Positions 13,323-30,300 of a DNA stretch of 64,000 nt are shown one piece after another. The position numbers and the translations under genes are program-made. Position 1 is the stretch's first letter; every line of letters begins with the position of its first letter. The notes beneath the pieces are model-generated. The model saw nothing but the letters and a program-made list of their open reading frames with translations. It was not told the origin of the DNA and ran no database searches. The DNA is from Scenedesmus sp. PABB004 (Eukaryota): assembly GCA_014905635.1 (NCBI GenBank), contig JABVCE010000009.1:310001-374000 (forward strand), written 5' to 3'.

Positions 13323-16300
13323 AGTCGGCGCGGGCGCGCAGGCGCGCGCCCGCTCCGCGGAGCGACACCGGCCGCGGCCGCGGCTGCGCGCGCCCGCCGC
13401 CGCCGCGTCACCTCTGGCGCGAGGTACTCGGGCGTGCCGCACAGCGTCGACGTGCGCTGCCCCGGCAGCACCTTCTTCACAAACCCAAAGTCCGCCATCT
13501 GCGCGCGCCGCAGCGGCAGGCGGCGGCGTCGCGGTCGGCGCACCGCACCGCGGCCCGGGCGCCGCCCGGCGAGGAGGGCCGGCCGCCGCGCCGCGGCGCG
13601 CGGCGCGCGGGTCGGCGCGCGCAGCTTGCAGCGCATGGCGCGCGCGGCTCGCAGCTCGCAGGATGGCACGCGCAGCTCGCAGGGCGGCGCGCGTGGCTCG
13701 CAGCGCTCGGCGCGCGCAGCTCGCAGGACGGCGCGGCGCGGGGCGCGGTGCGCGCCTTGATGTACCCGTCCTCCCCGATCAGCAGGTTCTCTGGCTTGAG
13801 GTCCCTGTAGACGAGGTGCCGGCCGTGCAGGTACTCCAGTGCGAGCACGACGCCCGCGACGTAGAAGCGCGCGTGCGCCTCGGGCAGCGGCGCGCGCCGC
13901 GTCTGCGCGGCGGCGCGGCGCGCGGCGCGCGGCGCGTCTGCGCGTCTGCGTGTCTGCCTGCGCGCCCGCCGCGGGGCCGCCAGCCGCGCCACCCCGCCGC
14001 CCTGCGCGCCCCGCGCGCCCCGCCGCCTCCCGCCCCGCCCGCAGCCGGGCGCGCGCCTGCAGGTAGGCGAAGAGCTCGCCGCCAAGCACCGCCTCGAGCA
14101 GCATGTACACGTGGCGCCCGTCCTGCCCGCTCGCGACGAGGTTGACGAGCCAGGGGCTGTCGCACTCGGCCATCGCGCGCTTCTCGCGGTGCACGTGCGC
14201 GACGAGGCGGCTGTCCACGATGTGGCCCTTGGCCATCGCCTTGAGCGCGTAGCGCCCGCCGCGGTACGACACGAGGCTCACGCGGCCGAAGCCGCCCGCG
14301 CCGAGCGTCGCGAGGTGCGTGACCTCGGACAGCACGAGCTCCTGCGCGCCGCGCGGGCGGGCGCGTGGGCGCGGTGCACAGGCGCGCGGGCGCGTGGGCA
14401 CGTGGGCGCGCGGGCGCGGGCGGTCGGGTGGGCCGCGCGGGGGCTGTCGGCGCGCTGCGCGCTGCGCTGTGCGCGCCTTGTCGCTCGCGCGGCCGGCGGC
14501 CTTGTAGCCGACGTAGGCCTTGGCGGCGGCCTCGAGCTGCGGCAGCAGGCCGCCGAGCAGGCCCTCGAAGTGCCCGCGGTCGATAACGAGCAGCGAGGCG
14601 TCGCTGCGCGCGCGCACGGTCGCGGCGCGCGCGTTGCCGCCGGGCAGCAGCGCGAGCTCGCCAAAGTAGTCCCCTGCGGCGGCGGCGGCGGCAGGCGGCG
14701 GCGGCGTCAGCCGGCGTGGCGGCGGGGCGAGGCTGCGTGCGCGGGGCCGGCGGCTCTGGTCCGAGGGGCGGCCACGGCGCTGGGGCGGCGAACCGGCGCG
14801 GTGCAGGCGCTGTCGTGCGGGGCGCGGGGCGCTGCGGTGCTGCGGCGCTGCGCGCGGGGCGCGCACCCGGGCCGTACGACATGACCGGCAGCGGTGCGTT
14901 GTCCTTGAACGCGGAGAGCTGCCCGCTCTCGACGATGTAGAACGCGTGGCCCCGCTCGCCCTGGCTCCGCGGCGGCGGCGGTGGCGCGGGGCAGGGCGGG
15001 GCGGGGCGGGTTGGACGCGGCACCGGCCCGGCGCCTGGGCGTGCGGCCCGGCCCGGCTCGGCGCCGCGCCGCGCGCGCGCCTGCGTGACCACGGCGGCGC
15101 CCTTGGGCACGGTGACCTGCCCCAGCGCGGCGGCGACGGCGGCCTTGGTCTTGTTGTCCAGCCCTGCGGCGCGGCGGGGCGCGGCGGCGCTCGGGCGGCG
15201 CCCCCGACGGCCCGACCGCCGGCGCGCGCGTCACGCGCAGCGCGTGCAGCACGCGCAGCACGCGCGCCGCGGGCGCGCACCCGCAAAGAGCGGCACGCGC
15301 TGCAGCGCCTCAAAGCGCCACATCGAGCGCAGGCTGTCCAGGCGGCCGAGCAGGGCGTGGAAGGCCTCGCGGTCGAGCGTGAGCGCCTGGCGGGGCCCGG
15401 CCGCGTGCAGCGAGCGGCGGGGCTTGGCGAGCGGGTGACGGACGGCGCGCGGCGGCGGCCGCGCAGGCTGGCGGCAGAGGGCCTGGTGCGCCCGCCCGCG
15501 CGCGCCGGCGGCCGCCCCGGCCGGCGCGGCGCGCGGCGAGGCGCAGCACGCAGCGCGGTGCGCGCCTGGCTGTTGTCGAGGGCGATCACGTTGGCGGCCC
15601 GCCCCTCGCCAGAGAGCAGCGCGAGCTCGCCGAAGCACTGCCCCGGCCCCACGCGCGCGAGCTCCTTGCTGTCGTCTGCGCAGACGCGCGCGCGCGCGCG
15701 CGCCGGCGTCAGCTTGCTGTCTGCGGCGCCGGCCCCCGCGCCGCCTCGCCCACCCGCGCCCGTGGGCCCCCCTGGCGCCAGGCCCGCGGCGGCCCCGCGC
15801 CTGTGAAGCAGGAGAACGCGCCGCGCTGGCAGATGTAGAACTTGTCCGCCGCGTCGCCCTGGCGGAAGACCGTCTCGCCCTTGCGGAACGCCTGCGGCGA
15901 CAGCAGGCGCGCGAGCTGCCAGAGCTGCCGGTCGCTCAGCGGGAAGAGGATGGGCACCTGCGGCGGCCGGCGGCCGGCGGCGGGGCGGGGCAGGGCGCGG
16001 CGCGGCGGCGTGGGCCAGGCTGCAGGGCGCGCGCGGGGCGCCGGCCGGCGGGCCGCGGCGCACGCGCGGCCCTCCCGTGCGCGGCAGCCAGCGCTCGCCG
16101 CGAGGCCCGTCCTAGGCCTTGCCTTGCGCAGCGCCTCGTAGCGCCAGAGCTCCTCATACGGCCCCAGCAGGCGCTCAAAGTCGGGCCGCGCCATCGCGCA
16201 GCACACGAGCGCCCCATCCGCGACGACCGCCTGCCCCGCGCCGCCCGGCGCGCCGCTGCTGGGGCTGGCGCCTGTGGCACGCGGCGCGCGCGGGCGCGTG

Positions 16301-17955
16301 GGCCCCCGTGTGTGCGCGCAGCGTGCGAGGCGCGCGCCACGCGACGCGCGGCGCGCGCGCCGCGGGGCCGCACCCGGCCCGAGCAGCGACTGCTGCCCGA
16401 AGAAGGCGCCGGGGCTGAGCTTGGCGAGCGTCGCGCCGCTGGCCGCGTCCTTGAGCAGCGCGGCGCCCTCCTTTATCACATAGAACCGATCCCCGCCCTC
16501 ACCCTCGGCCCACACCGCCGCGCCGGGCGCGAACGAGACCTGCGGGCGGCGGGCGGCGGGCGGCGGGCGGCGGGCGGCGGGCAGCGGGCCGGTGGGAGCG
16601 CGCGCGCGCGCGGCAGCGGTGGGCGCAGGGCCGGGGGAGGTGCGCGCCGGGCTGGCGCGGGCAGCACCTGCTCCAGCGCGCCCGCGAGCAGCTGCTTGTG
16701 CGCGTCGGTGAGCGCCGCAAACATGGGCACGCGCTCGAGCAGGCCCAGCACCGCGGCCGACGCCGCCTCGGCGTGCTGGCGCTTGAGCGCCGCGACGACG
16801 CGCCGCTCCGCGACCCACACCTGCGCGCACGCGCGGGGCGTCGGCGCGGGGGCGTGCTTGCGCGCGCGCGGCGGCCGGCGCAGGGGGGTCCGCGCGCGCC
16901 CGCGCGCGGCACGGCGCGCGCGCCTTGCAGGGCGCGGTGGTGGTGACCGTCGCGGCGCGCGGCGCGGCGTAGAGCAGCGCGAGCTCCCCGAACGCCGCGC
17001 CGGGGCCGTAGCTCTTGACCTGCGGGGCGCGCGCGGCGGCAGGCCGGTACGGCGCGCCCCCGGGGTGAGGTGCGCGGCCGCTGCCGCCGAGGGCGCATCA
17101 CGCCGCAGCAGCTGCGGGGTCGCGGCGCGCGCCTTTTTGGGCGCCGTGTCGCCGGGGCGCGTGACAAACACGTCGGCGGCGCCGAGCTCGAGCACGAAAA
17201 ACTCGTGCGCGTCGGTCGCGCCCTGCCGGGGCACGGCGGGTGGGGTTTAGGGGCGATTGCACGCTGGCGCGGTGGTGCGGAGGCCGCCGCCGCCCAGCTC
17301 GGCGCGCCGCGGGGCGGGCGCCGCCGGGCGCCTGGACTGGTCCTGGCTCGCGCGTGCGCGCCGCGCGCCTGGACGATGATGTCCCGCCCCGGCATGACCA
17401 TCTGCGGCTGCATGCTGTCCACGACCGCCTCGAGCCCCGCCGGCGGGAGGCCGCTGAAGAGAAGGTTGCCCCGCAGCGCGCCGCCTGGCCGCGGCGCGGC
17501 GGGTTGGCGGGTGTGGGCGCGGGCGGCGGGCGGCACGCCCGCGCGCGCGCCGTGCCGCCCGCGCCGGTGCGTGCGCAGGGCGGCGGCCGGGCAGCCCCCT
17601 AAGGCACGCACGGATGAGGGCTTTGACCGACTCGCTCTTGGCGTAGCTCGCGATCGGCCCCGCGTCGCCGCCGCCGACGTCCGCCGCGACGGCGAGGCGC
17701 TTCTTGCCCCCGAGCGGCCCGCCCGCGGCGGGCGGCGGCGGCGGTGGCGGCGCACCGCCGCCGGAGCTGCCGCCGCCGGTGCTGGCGCCGCTGGCGCTGC
17801 CGCCGAGGCCGAGCGCCGCCTGCGGCGGGCGGGCGGGCGCGGCGCAGGGCCGTGGGTCGGCGGCGAGCGCACGCGAGCAGTGGCGCCGCCGTCCGCCGCC
17901 GGCTGCTCGCCATCTTCTCCCGGACGCGAGCGGAGATGTCCGGCGTGAAGCCCAT
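12458..17955 (-). CDS. Cyclic-nucleotide-dependent protein kinase (PKG-like single chain: four cNMP-binding domains plus AGC kinase), many introns
   Basis: CNB cassettes [24 protein letters not shown] (degenerate), [33 protein letters not shown]; kinase [40 protein letters not shown] tail [16 protein letters not shown]...FKDF. Confidence 0.92.
13273..13322. repeat. (GGC)n microsatellite in a kinase intron
   Basis: About 16 perfect GGC units. Confidence 0.9.
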
Positions 17956-18309
17956 GGCGAGGGCTGGGCGCGGCGGCGGCCCGGCAGGCGGCGACCGGCC
18001 GCGTGCGCGCTGCTGCTGGCCGGTGTGGGTGGAGCGCGGGCCGCCTGAGCGTGCGGGGCGAGCGACGGTCGCGTGAGCTCGTCAGGAGTGCAGGAGGCGG
18101 GGTCGGGGGCCGCGGGGTCTGCGGGGGCGCGGGTCAAACTCGAGACGGCGGCGTCGACGGTCATCTGCGGCACCCCCGCGGCCTCACCAGAAGCGAGGGG
18201 CCGCGATCAAAGCCCTCCGACCGCGCGGAGAGCCGCGCGTGAGCCTGCCGCCGCCCAGGCGCCAGCGCTGCTGCCACGCACTCGCACCGCCGACACTCGC
18301 GCCGGCGCC

Positions 18310-20542
18310 TCAGTCGACGAGCAGGCGCCAGAGCCGCTGCCCCAGGCTCCGCTCCTCCGGGGCGCGGGGCGCGCCGCCGCGCACGCCGCCGCCGCCGCGG
18401 CCGCGGCGCCCCGGCGCGACGACGTCGGGCGCGTGGCCGGGCTGCCGCTCCGCCGCGGCCTCGCGGACGTGGAACATGAACCGCGCCCGCTCCTCCGCGC
18501 CCTTGAGCCGCAGCCAGTCCGAGTACCGCAGGGTCAGCACCTGCCACCCGCGCGCCTGCAGCGCGCGCCAGCGCGCCGCCGTCGGCCCGAGCGCGGCGTG
18601 CGGCGGGTTGGCCGCAAACGCCTGTGGCATCTCCAGCTGCAGCGCGACCTTGCTGCGCGACTGCTGGCGGTGCAGCACCACGTCCACGGCCAGGGGGCCG
18701 TCGAGCGGGAAGTTGAGCCGCCAGCGCCGCGCGCCGCCCGCTGCCACGAGCGCGTCGTGCACCTCCTTGTGGAAGGTGGTCAGCCGCTGCCCCTGCTGCC
18801 CCGCGGCCCACGCCGCCTGGGCGGCCAGCGCGAGCTTGTTCGGCAGGCCGAGCGCCCGCAGCTCGGGCGCGGCGACTGCGGCGTCCGCGAGGCACGCCTG
18901 CACCTGCGGCGAGGTCGCGGTCGAGAGAGAGAGGCGGCGCGATCAAGCGGCGGCGCGGTCGAGCGGCGGCGCTGCGCCGCGCCGCCGGCCGGCCGCCGCC
19001 GCCGCACCTGGAACCACTGCACCAGCTGCGCCGGGCTCAGCCGGGCGGGCGCGAGCCCGGCCGTCCAGCGCGCGAGCTGCTGCAAGAAGGGCGCCTCCAG
19101 GTGGCCCACGATCGCGCACGCCCAGGCGAGCTCGGTGAGCGCGGCCGCGAGGTCGCCGCCGGCGCCGGCGCCGCCGCGGTCGCCGCCGCCGGGCGCCGGG
19201 CCGGCGGCGGGCTGCGCGGCCATCGCCGCCGTGGCGACGCGCGTGGCTTCCTGGAAGAGCTGCGCGCTGTAGTGGTTCAGGTGGGCGCACACGGACGCGA
19301 CCGCCACCAGCTGCTCCAGGCTCACCGCGCACAGCGACCGCTGCACCGCCGTCGCGGCCGCCTCGAGCAGCGGCGGGCTCGCGTGGCGCAGCGCGCAGCA
19401 CGCCCGCAGCAGCGCGACGAGCTCCGCGGCGGTGAAGCCGCGCTCCTCAGGCGGCGGCGGCGACGGTGGAGCCGCGGCGCCCTCCGCCGCTGCTGCGGCC
19501 GCGCCCTGCGCCACCTCCGCCGCCGCGCCGTCCGGCGGCGCCGCGAGCCGCATGCCCTGGCCCCGCAGCACCGCGACCGCGCGCGCCGCCGCGGCCGCCA
19601 CGACCGCCTCGTTGTAGTGCCGCGCCGCCGCAAAGCTCGCCAGCAGGCTCGCGAGCTGCCCTGGGGTCATGTCGTTCAGATGCTCTGTCGCGAGCAGCGA
19701 CAGCAACGTGAACGGCCCGCCCTGGCCCAGCGCCGCGAGCGCGCCGGCCAGCGCGGCGGTGCTGCCCGCGTCCAGCTCGGCGGCGCGGCGCCGCAGGTAC
19801 GCGCCGACGCCCCGGCCGAGCGCCGCAGCGGCGCGCTTGGGCAGCGGCGGGGGCCCCGGCGGCGCGCCGCCGGCGCCGGCGCCGGCGCGCGCGCAGCTGG
19901 CCAGCGCGGCGAGTGTCTCTGCGAGCTGGCTCGGCGGCAGCTGCGGCAGCGCTGCGGCAGCGCTGCTCGTCAGCAGCGCCAGCAGCTGCGCCGGCGGCGG
20001 GCGCGGCAGCGCCGCGGCGGCCTGCAGCAGCGCTGGCAGCTTCGACGGCGGCACTGCGGCGTCCGCCGCGTGCGCCTGCAGCGCCGCGTCCAGCTGCGCC
20101 GCTGCAGCTGCCCCGACCGCGTCGCCGCCGCCTCGCTGCGCCGTCGCAGCGCGCAGCGCGGCCAGCAGCGCGCTGGTCGCGTCCGCCGCAACGCCGCAGG
20201 GGTCGGCGACCGCCGCAGCCAGCGCCCGGAAGGCCGCCCGGCCGAGCGGGGCGTCGGAGCGTGGCTGCGCGTGGCGTGACGCTGCACCGCTCCCACCGCT
20301 GCCGCCACTGGCGCCGCCGCGCCACTGCTCGGCCTGGTGCCCGTCCGCGCCGTCGCTGGGCAGCACCTGGGCGGCGCTGTGCGCCTGCTGCCGCAGCACC
20401 TGCGCGTTGCGGGGGCGGCGCGGGCGTGGCCGCTGCTGCCGCGCGCCGTGGCGCCGTCGCGCGGACGCCCAGGCGCGCGCACCAGCGGCACCAGGCGGAG
20501 CAAGTGAGCGGCATCTCGAGGCGGGACCAGCAGCAGCGCCAT
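18310..20542 (-). CDS. OPR/FAST-like repeat protein with C-terminal RAP domain
   Basis: Repeats LPPSQLAETLAALA, MTPGQLASLLASFA, FTAAELVALLRAC, LTELAWACA; RAP-like LAVDVVL...KVALQLEMPQAF...GPTAARWRALQARGWQVLTLRYSDW; proposed exon 1 MALLLVPPRDAAHLLRLVPL (20542-20483). Confidence 0.78.
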
Positions 20543-21642
20543 GCGGCCACGGCGGCGGCGGCGGGCGTTGCGCTCCTGCCAGGCCGCAACCGCCGCCGCC
20601 GCAGCTGCTGCTGCGCACGTGATCACACGCACATCTCAGGCGGCGGTGTGGGGTGGGGTGGGGTGGAGTGCCGGATGCACTGCGCCGACGGGCGGGTCCA
20701 GCGGCGGCTCGCCGGGACGAAAAACCCGCAGTGACGCGCCGCCAGCACGAGGGCAGCCGCGGCGTTTCGAGGCAGCCCGTCCAGCCCGCAGGCGTGCAGG
20801 ACGCGGGCCGCCGTTCCACTGCTGGGCCAGGCAGGGCGCGCGGCCAGGCTGGCCGCGCAGCGCTGCGCGACCGGCGGAGGCGTGCGAGTCCTGCCCAGCC
20901 CGACTGCGCCCTCCTGCCCCCAGACCGACTGCCGTGGGACGGCAGCGGCGCCGGCCGCGATAGCCATGAGGATCTGCGGCGGCGGCGCCGGCGGCTCCGG
21001 CGCCGCCGGCGGCACCGGCGCCGCCGGCGGCACCGGCGCCGCCGCTGCCCGCGCTGGCTGGGGCCGGGGCGCGCCAGAGCGAACAGCACGGCTGCGCTCT
21101 CTCGTCACGAGGTGGTCTCGAGCGCCGCGGCGGCACTCGGGCGCGCGGCCGCACGCTGGCCGCACGCGAGCACGCCGCTCCTCGAGGCCGGCCCCCAAAA
21201 CTCGCGCCGCCGCAGCGCAGGCCCACAACGCGTCGCGGCGTTGCTCTCGGGCTGGCACCGGTGCGTCCTTGTTCGTTCAACAACTGCTGCAGGTCCTCTC
21301 CCCCTGACCCTGCCCCTGCCCTGCGCCGCAGCGCTCTGTGCTGCCCGCGCCACGCTGCGTCGCCGCCGCCGCGCGCGCTCGCTCGGCTCACTCGTCGCCG
21401 ACGTCCTCCGCCCACGCGCCCCGGCTCAGCAGTTCCTGGTTGTACTCGCGCTCAGCCGCCACTTCGTCGGAGCTGGGCGTCGCGCAGCCCTCCAGCACGC
21501 GCACCTCGGCGCCGCCCACGGGCCCGCCCCGCCGCCGCGCCTCGTCCGCCGCGGCGCTCGCGGCAAACGCGCCCGCCGCGCCGCCCTCCGGCGCGCCCTC
21601 CGGCGCGCCCCAGGGGTCGCCGCCCGCCGCGAGCTGGGCGGT

Positions 21643-21686
21643 CGAGCGCGTTCGCCTTATTTCGACGAGCGCGTTCGCCTTATTTC
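21643..21686. repeat. 21-bp direct repeat (23-bp period)
   Basis: CGAGCGCGTTCGCCTTATTTC at 21643-21663 and 21666-21686. Confidence 0.9.
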
Positions 21687-22056
21687 CAGCGCCAGAACCG
21701 ACCGGGCGGGCATAACACAGCGCGCGGATCTGTCGTTGCTGCTCACCGGCTTGGCCTCCACGGCTGCTCCACAGCTAGAGAACTCACCGAATCCGCTCGC
21801 GACGCGCGCCGCCGCCCAGCTCGCAGCGAGGCCGCAGACGCCACCGCGGGCGCCGCGCAGGCGGGCCCAGGCCGCCCGCGCGCGGGCGTCGGCGCTCCGG
21901 CGAGCCGCAGAGCAGCCTCGGGCGCGCCGCCGCCCCGTGCCGGGCTCGCGCTCGGCGTACGAGACTCGCGGCCACCAGCCACGCGCGCGCGGCTGCCCGG
22001 GCCTTTCGGGCGACAGCGACCTGGCTCCGGCGCAGCGTGCAGCAGGGCCGGGCGCC

Positions 22057-26288
<4,232 letters not shown>

Positions 26289-27319
26289 CCCGCCCGCGCT
26301 GCGCGTGGTGCTTGCTGTGCCTGGTGTGCCCGCGTGTGCGTCCCAAACCCTCCCCCCTCTGCACCCGCCCGCGCGCGCCACGGCGGCGCGGCGGGTCGCG
26401 TCCCAACTGCAAAGAATGCATGCGTCTGGAACGATGCGACACTGCTCGGGCGCGCGCGCGGCCCCCAGCCTGGGCGCGCGCCTCACTCCTGCTCACTCCT
26501 GCGTCCACACCAGGGGCAGGGCTCGGCGCGGCGCCACTGAGCGGCCGGGCGCGTGCGAGTCTGCATTTGCGCGCGCGGCGCGCGGCGGCGGCCGCCGGAG
26601 CCGACTGCGGCGCCGCTGGCGCCAGGGCGGGCCTCGACTGCCGCCGTGGGGGGTCTGTGTGCGCCGGCGCTGCGCTGGCACGGCTGCGCGGCGAGCGCCC
26701 GGCTCGTGCAGAGTCCGGGTGCACGTCGGGCACAGTTGGTTTTGGTCGCGGCCGCGCTTGGCGGCAGCGACGGTGTTATTGATGGTCCGGCCCCCGGCTC
26801 GTCTCCATCTCTGATGTTGTGTCGGGCTTGATCGCGCGCGCGCGGCTGTGAGGCTGTGAGGCAGAGAGAGGCACGGCGCGCGATGAGCTGCGCGCGGAGC
26901 AACGGGGCGCGGCGGCAGGCAGCGGGGCGAGTCGGACGCTCCGCGCGCGCGGGGGCGCCGCCCACAGCAGCGGCGGCGGTGACGGTGGTGGCGTTGGTGG
27001 TGGCGGTGCGGCGAGCACACAACCTGCAACACTCTCTCTTGCGGCGTCACCGACGCGCGGCAGCGAAGACGAAGTCGAGCGGGCCTCACTCGCAGAGACG
27101 CGCCGCGCTCCCTCCCGCCGGCGTTCGCGACTCCACTCGTTAGCGGCTCGGCAGCCGTGATCGCGCCAAGGCGCGTCGCCGGCGCGGCCGAGACAGCAGC
27201 ACGCCAGACAGACGCGCCGCTGCGAGCCAGCGCGGCACGCCCGTAATGTTCTGCAGTCGCTGTTGAAGCCAGACGAGCTCCCGCGAAGCTCGCGGGAGGC
27301 CGTCTCGCGCCGCGGCGCG

Positions 27320-30300
27320 ATGGCGTGCCGCGGCCGCCGCACAGCTGCGCCGCTGCTGGCGCTGATCGCGCTCCTTGCTTTATGTGGGACCGCCTGCGCC
27401 GTCGGTGCGTGGCGCGCGCCGCTCGCCCGCGCGCCGCGGGCAGCTGCAGCACCGCGTCTGCTGCCAGGCCGCGCGCCGCGCGCCCCGTGACGAGGCCGGA
27501 GCGCGCGCCTGGTCTGCAGCCTTGCGTCGCGCGCGGCCGCGCCGCGCCGGCCGCCGCGCACCGCGGCGCCGCAGCAGCGGCGGGCGCCGCCGCGGGTGAC
27601 CCCGCGCCGCGCTGAGCGCCCGCGCCCGCCGCGGACCCCGCCGCAGGGGAGCAGCGCTCTGCCGTCGAATCCGCGCTGGCGCGGCTCGCCGACCTGCTGG
27701 CGCCGCGCGCGAGCGGGGCGGACGCTGGCGCCGAGCAGCCGCAGCGGCCGGGCGGCGGCGGCGACAGCAGCAGCCTGCAGCCGCGGCAGCGGCCGCGTGC
27801 CCGGCGGCCCGGCCGGGCCGAGGACGGGTCCTCGCCGCAGCGGCAGCAGCCAGAGGCGCCCGCGGACGAGAGCGCGGCGCCCGAGGCCGACGGGGCGAGC
27901 GCGCCCAAGGACGGGACGCAGCGCGCGCACGGCGGCGCCGGCGGCGGCGCGCGGCGGCGCCAGCGAGATGCCGGCCGTCCCGTCCTGCCCGGCTTTGACG
28001 GCGACTCGCTGCCGAGCAGCTGCCAGCCCGGACGTGAGCCGCCGCGCCGCGCCGCGCCGCGCCGCGCCGCGCCGCGCCGGCCCGCCGCCCGAGCCCCCCC
28101 CCCCCCGCGCGCCCCCGCGCGCGCGCGCAGGCGTCAGGGCGCCGCGGCCGTCGCCATCGGTGGCCTCGCGCGCGGCAACGCCGGGGCGGCGCCCCAACTT
28201 CCTGGTGATCATCACAGACGACCAGGTGGGTGGCCCCGCCCGAGCGGCCCCGCACGTGTGCACGCGCCCCGCTCCGCACGCGCCGCCCGCGACAGCCTCC
28301 CGCGACGCCCCCGCCGCGGGGCTGCACGGGGCTGCGCGGGGCTGCGCGGGCGCGCCGCGCTGCACGCCGCCGAGGCGCGCGCGCGCCGCGTGTCGCCGCA
28401 GGGCTGGGACGACCTCGGCGCGCACAACCCGGGGTACGTCAACACGCCCCACATGGACCGCTTCCTGGCGCGCGGCACGCTCTTTGACTCATACTACGTC
28501 GCCCCACAGGTGACCTGGGCCCCCCGCGCGGCGGGGCGCGTGTGCGTTTGTTTTTGTTGGGAGGGGGCACGAGGCGAGCAGCCGGCGGACGGCGCGCCGA
28601 CGCGCCGACCCGCCCGCCCGCCGCCCGCCGCGCCGCCGCGCAGTGCGCGCAGAGCCGCGCGTCGCTGCTCACGGGGCGCGCGCACCCGCGGACGGGCACG
28701 ATGCTCGTGCACGCGGGCTACGACTTTGTGCACTCGAACGAGACGCAGGCCGCCGCGCTGCTGGGCGCGGCGGGGTACGCGACGCTCCACGTGGGCAAGT
28801 GGCACAACGGCGAGGTGCGCGCCGCGTCGCGCCGCGCCGCGCCGCGCCCCCGCCGCCGCGGGGCGCCCTTGATGGCGCCCCGCCGCGCACGCCCCGCCGC
28901 CGCGCCGAGCGAGGGCCCTGAGCCTCCCCCCGCCCGCCCCTCCCGCCCTGCGTGCCCCGCCAGGTCGTGGGCTACCAGCCCACCGACGTGGGCTTTGACG
29001 AGAGCTGGTACCCGCCGAGCATGCGCCGCGAGGCGCGGCTCGTGCGGCGCGACGGGCAGTACGAGGGCGTGTCCGGAAAGGGCATGCTGGAGGACTATTT
29101 GAATTCAAAGCTCCTCAGCTACCTGGAGGACCGCGCGGCCGAGCCAGAGACGCCCTTTTTCGCGTTCTACGCGCCCCACGCGATCCACCTCGCGCGCGAG
29201 CCCGCCGGCCGCGTCGGCACCAACGGCGCGCCCGGCGAGCGGCGCTTCCGCACCTTCCCCGCGCGCTTCCGGCGCCGCTACCAGACCGAGCCGCGCTACA
29301 GGGGCATCGCAAACTCCACGCTCGAGGTGCGGCGGCTGCGCCGCCGCGCGTGCTGCTGCCGCTGCGCGTGCCGCAGCCGCCGCCGCGGCCGCGCTGAGCC
29401 GGCGGCCGGCCGCGGCGCCGCGCGCCGCCGCGCAGTCGTGGGCGCAGCTGGAGTACCTGGACGAGCTGCTGGGCCGCCTCTTCACCTACCTGGAGAGCAG
29501 CTTGCTCGGCCGGGACACCTACGTGCTGCTCATGTCTGACAACGTGAGCGGCAGGCAGGGGTTTTGGCCAGCCCCAGAACCCCGCGTGCGCGGGGCGCGC
29601 CAGCGGACGCCGCCGACGCGGCCGCCGACGCGGCCGACGCGGCCGCCGCCGGCGCAGGGCCCCATGCTGCTGCCGGATGAAGAGGAGGGGCGGGGCAAGG
29701 AGATCCGCATGCCAAGCCGCATGCAGGTGCGGCGCCGCCCCGCGGCGCACCCGCACAGGCGCGCCCCGCGGCACGCTGCGCATGCTGACGCCCGCGCCCC
29801 TCCCGCGCCCACGCGCCCGCGGCCAGGGCTACAAGCACGTCGTGTATGAGGGCGGTGAGCGCCGCCGCGCCCGGGCCGCCCAGCACACGGCGCCGCGGCA
29901 GAGCCGCTGGCTGGCGCGCGCCCCGTCCCGCCCCCAGCCGCTCACGCCGCCACGCACCCGCCGCCTCCCCGCTCCCCCGCGCGGCACCGGCAGGCATACG
30001 AAACTTCCTCGCGGTCCGCGGCCCCGGCGTGGCGCGCGGCGTGGTCGACTCGACGCTGCTGCACATCTCGGACGTGCTGCCGACGCTCGCGGCGCTCGCG
30101 GGCGTGTCCGACCCCAACGCCGGCACGCCGCTCGCCTGGGACGGGCTGAGCTTTGCCAACCTGCTGCGCCCGCACGCGGCCGCCGGCGGCGTCGCGGCGG
30201 CGGCGCCGCTCGACGGCCGGCGCGGCACGGCGCTCGCGACCGACGCGCAGCGCGAGCGCTTCGTCGTCTCGCTGAGCCCGCACTGCTGGGACTCGGACGC

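Noticed and set aside
26290..27319. ORFs between phototropin and the sulfatase
   Set aside because: No recognisable motifs or coherent exon structure; likely UTR and promoter sequence
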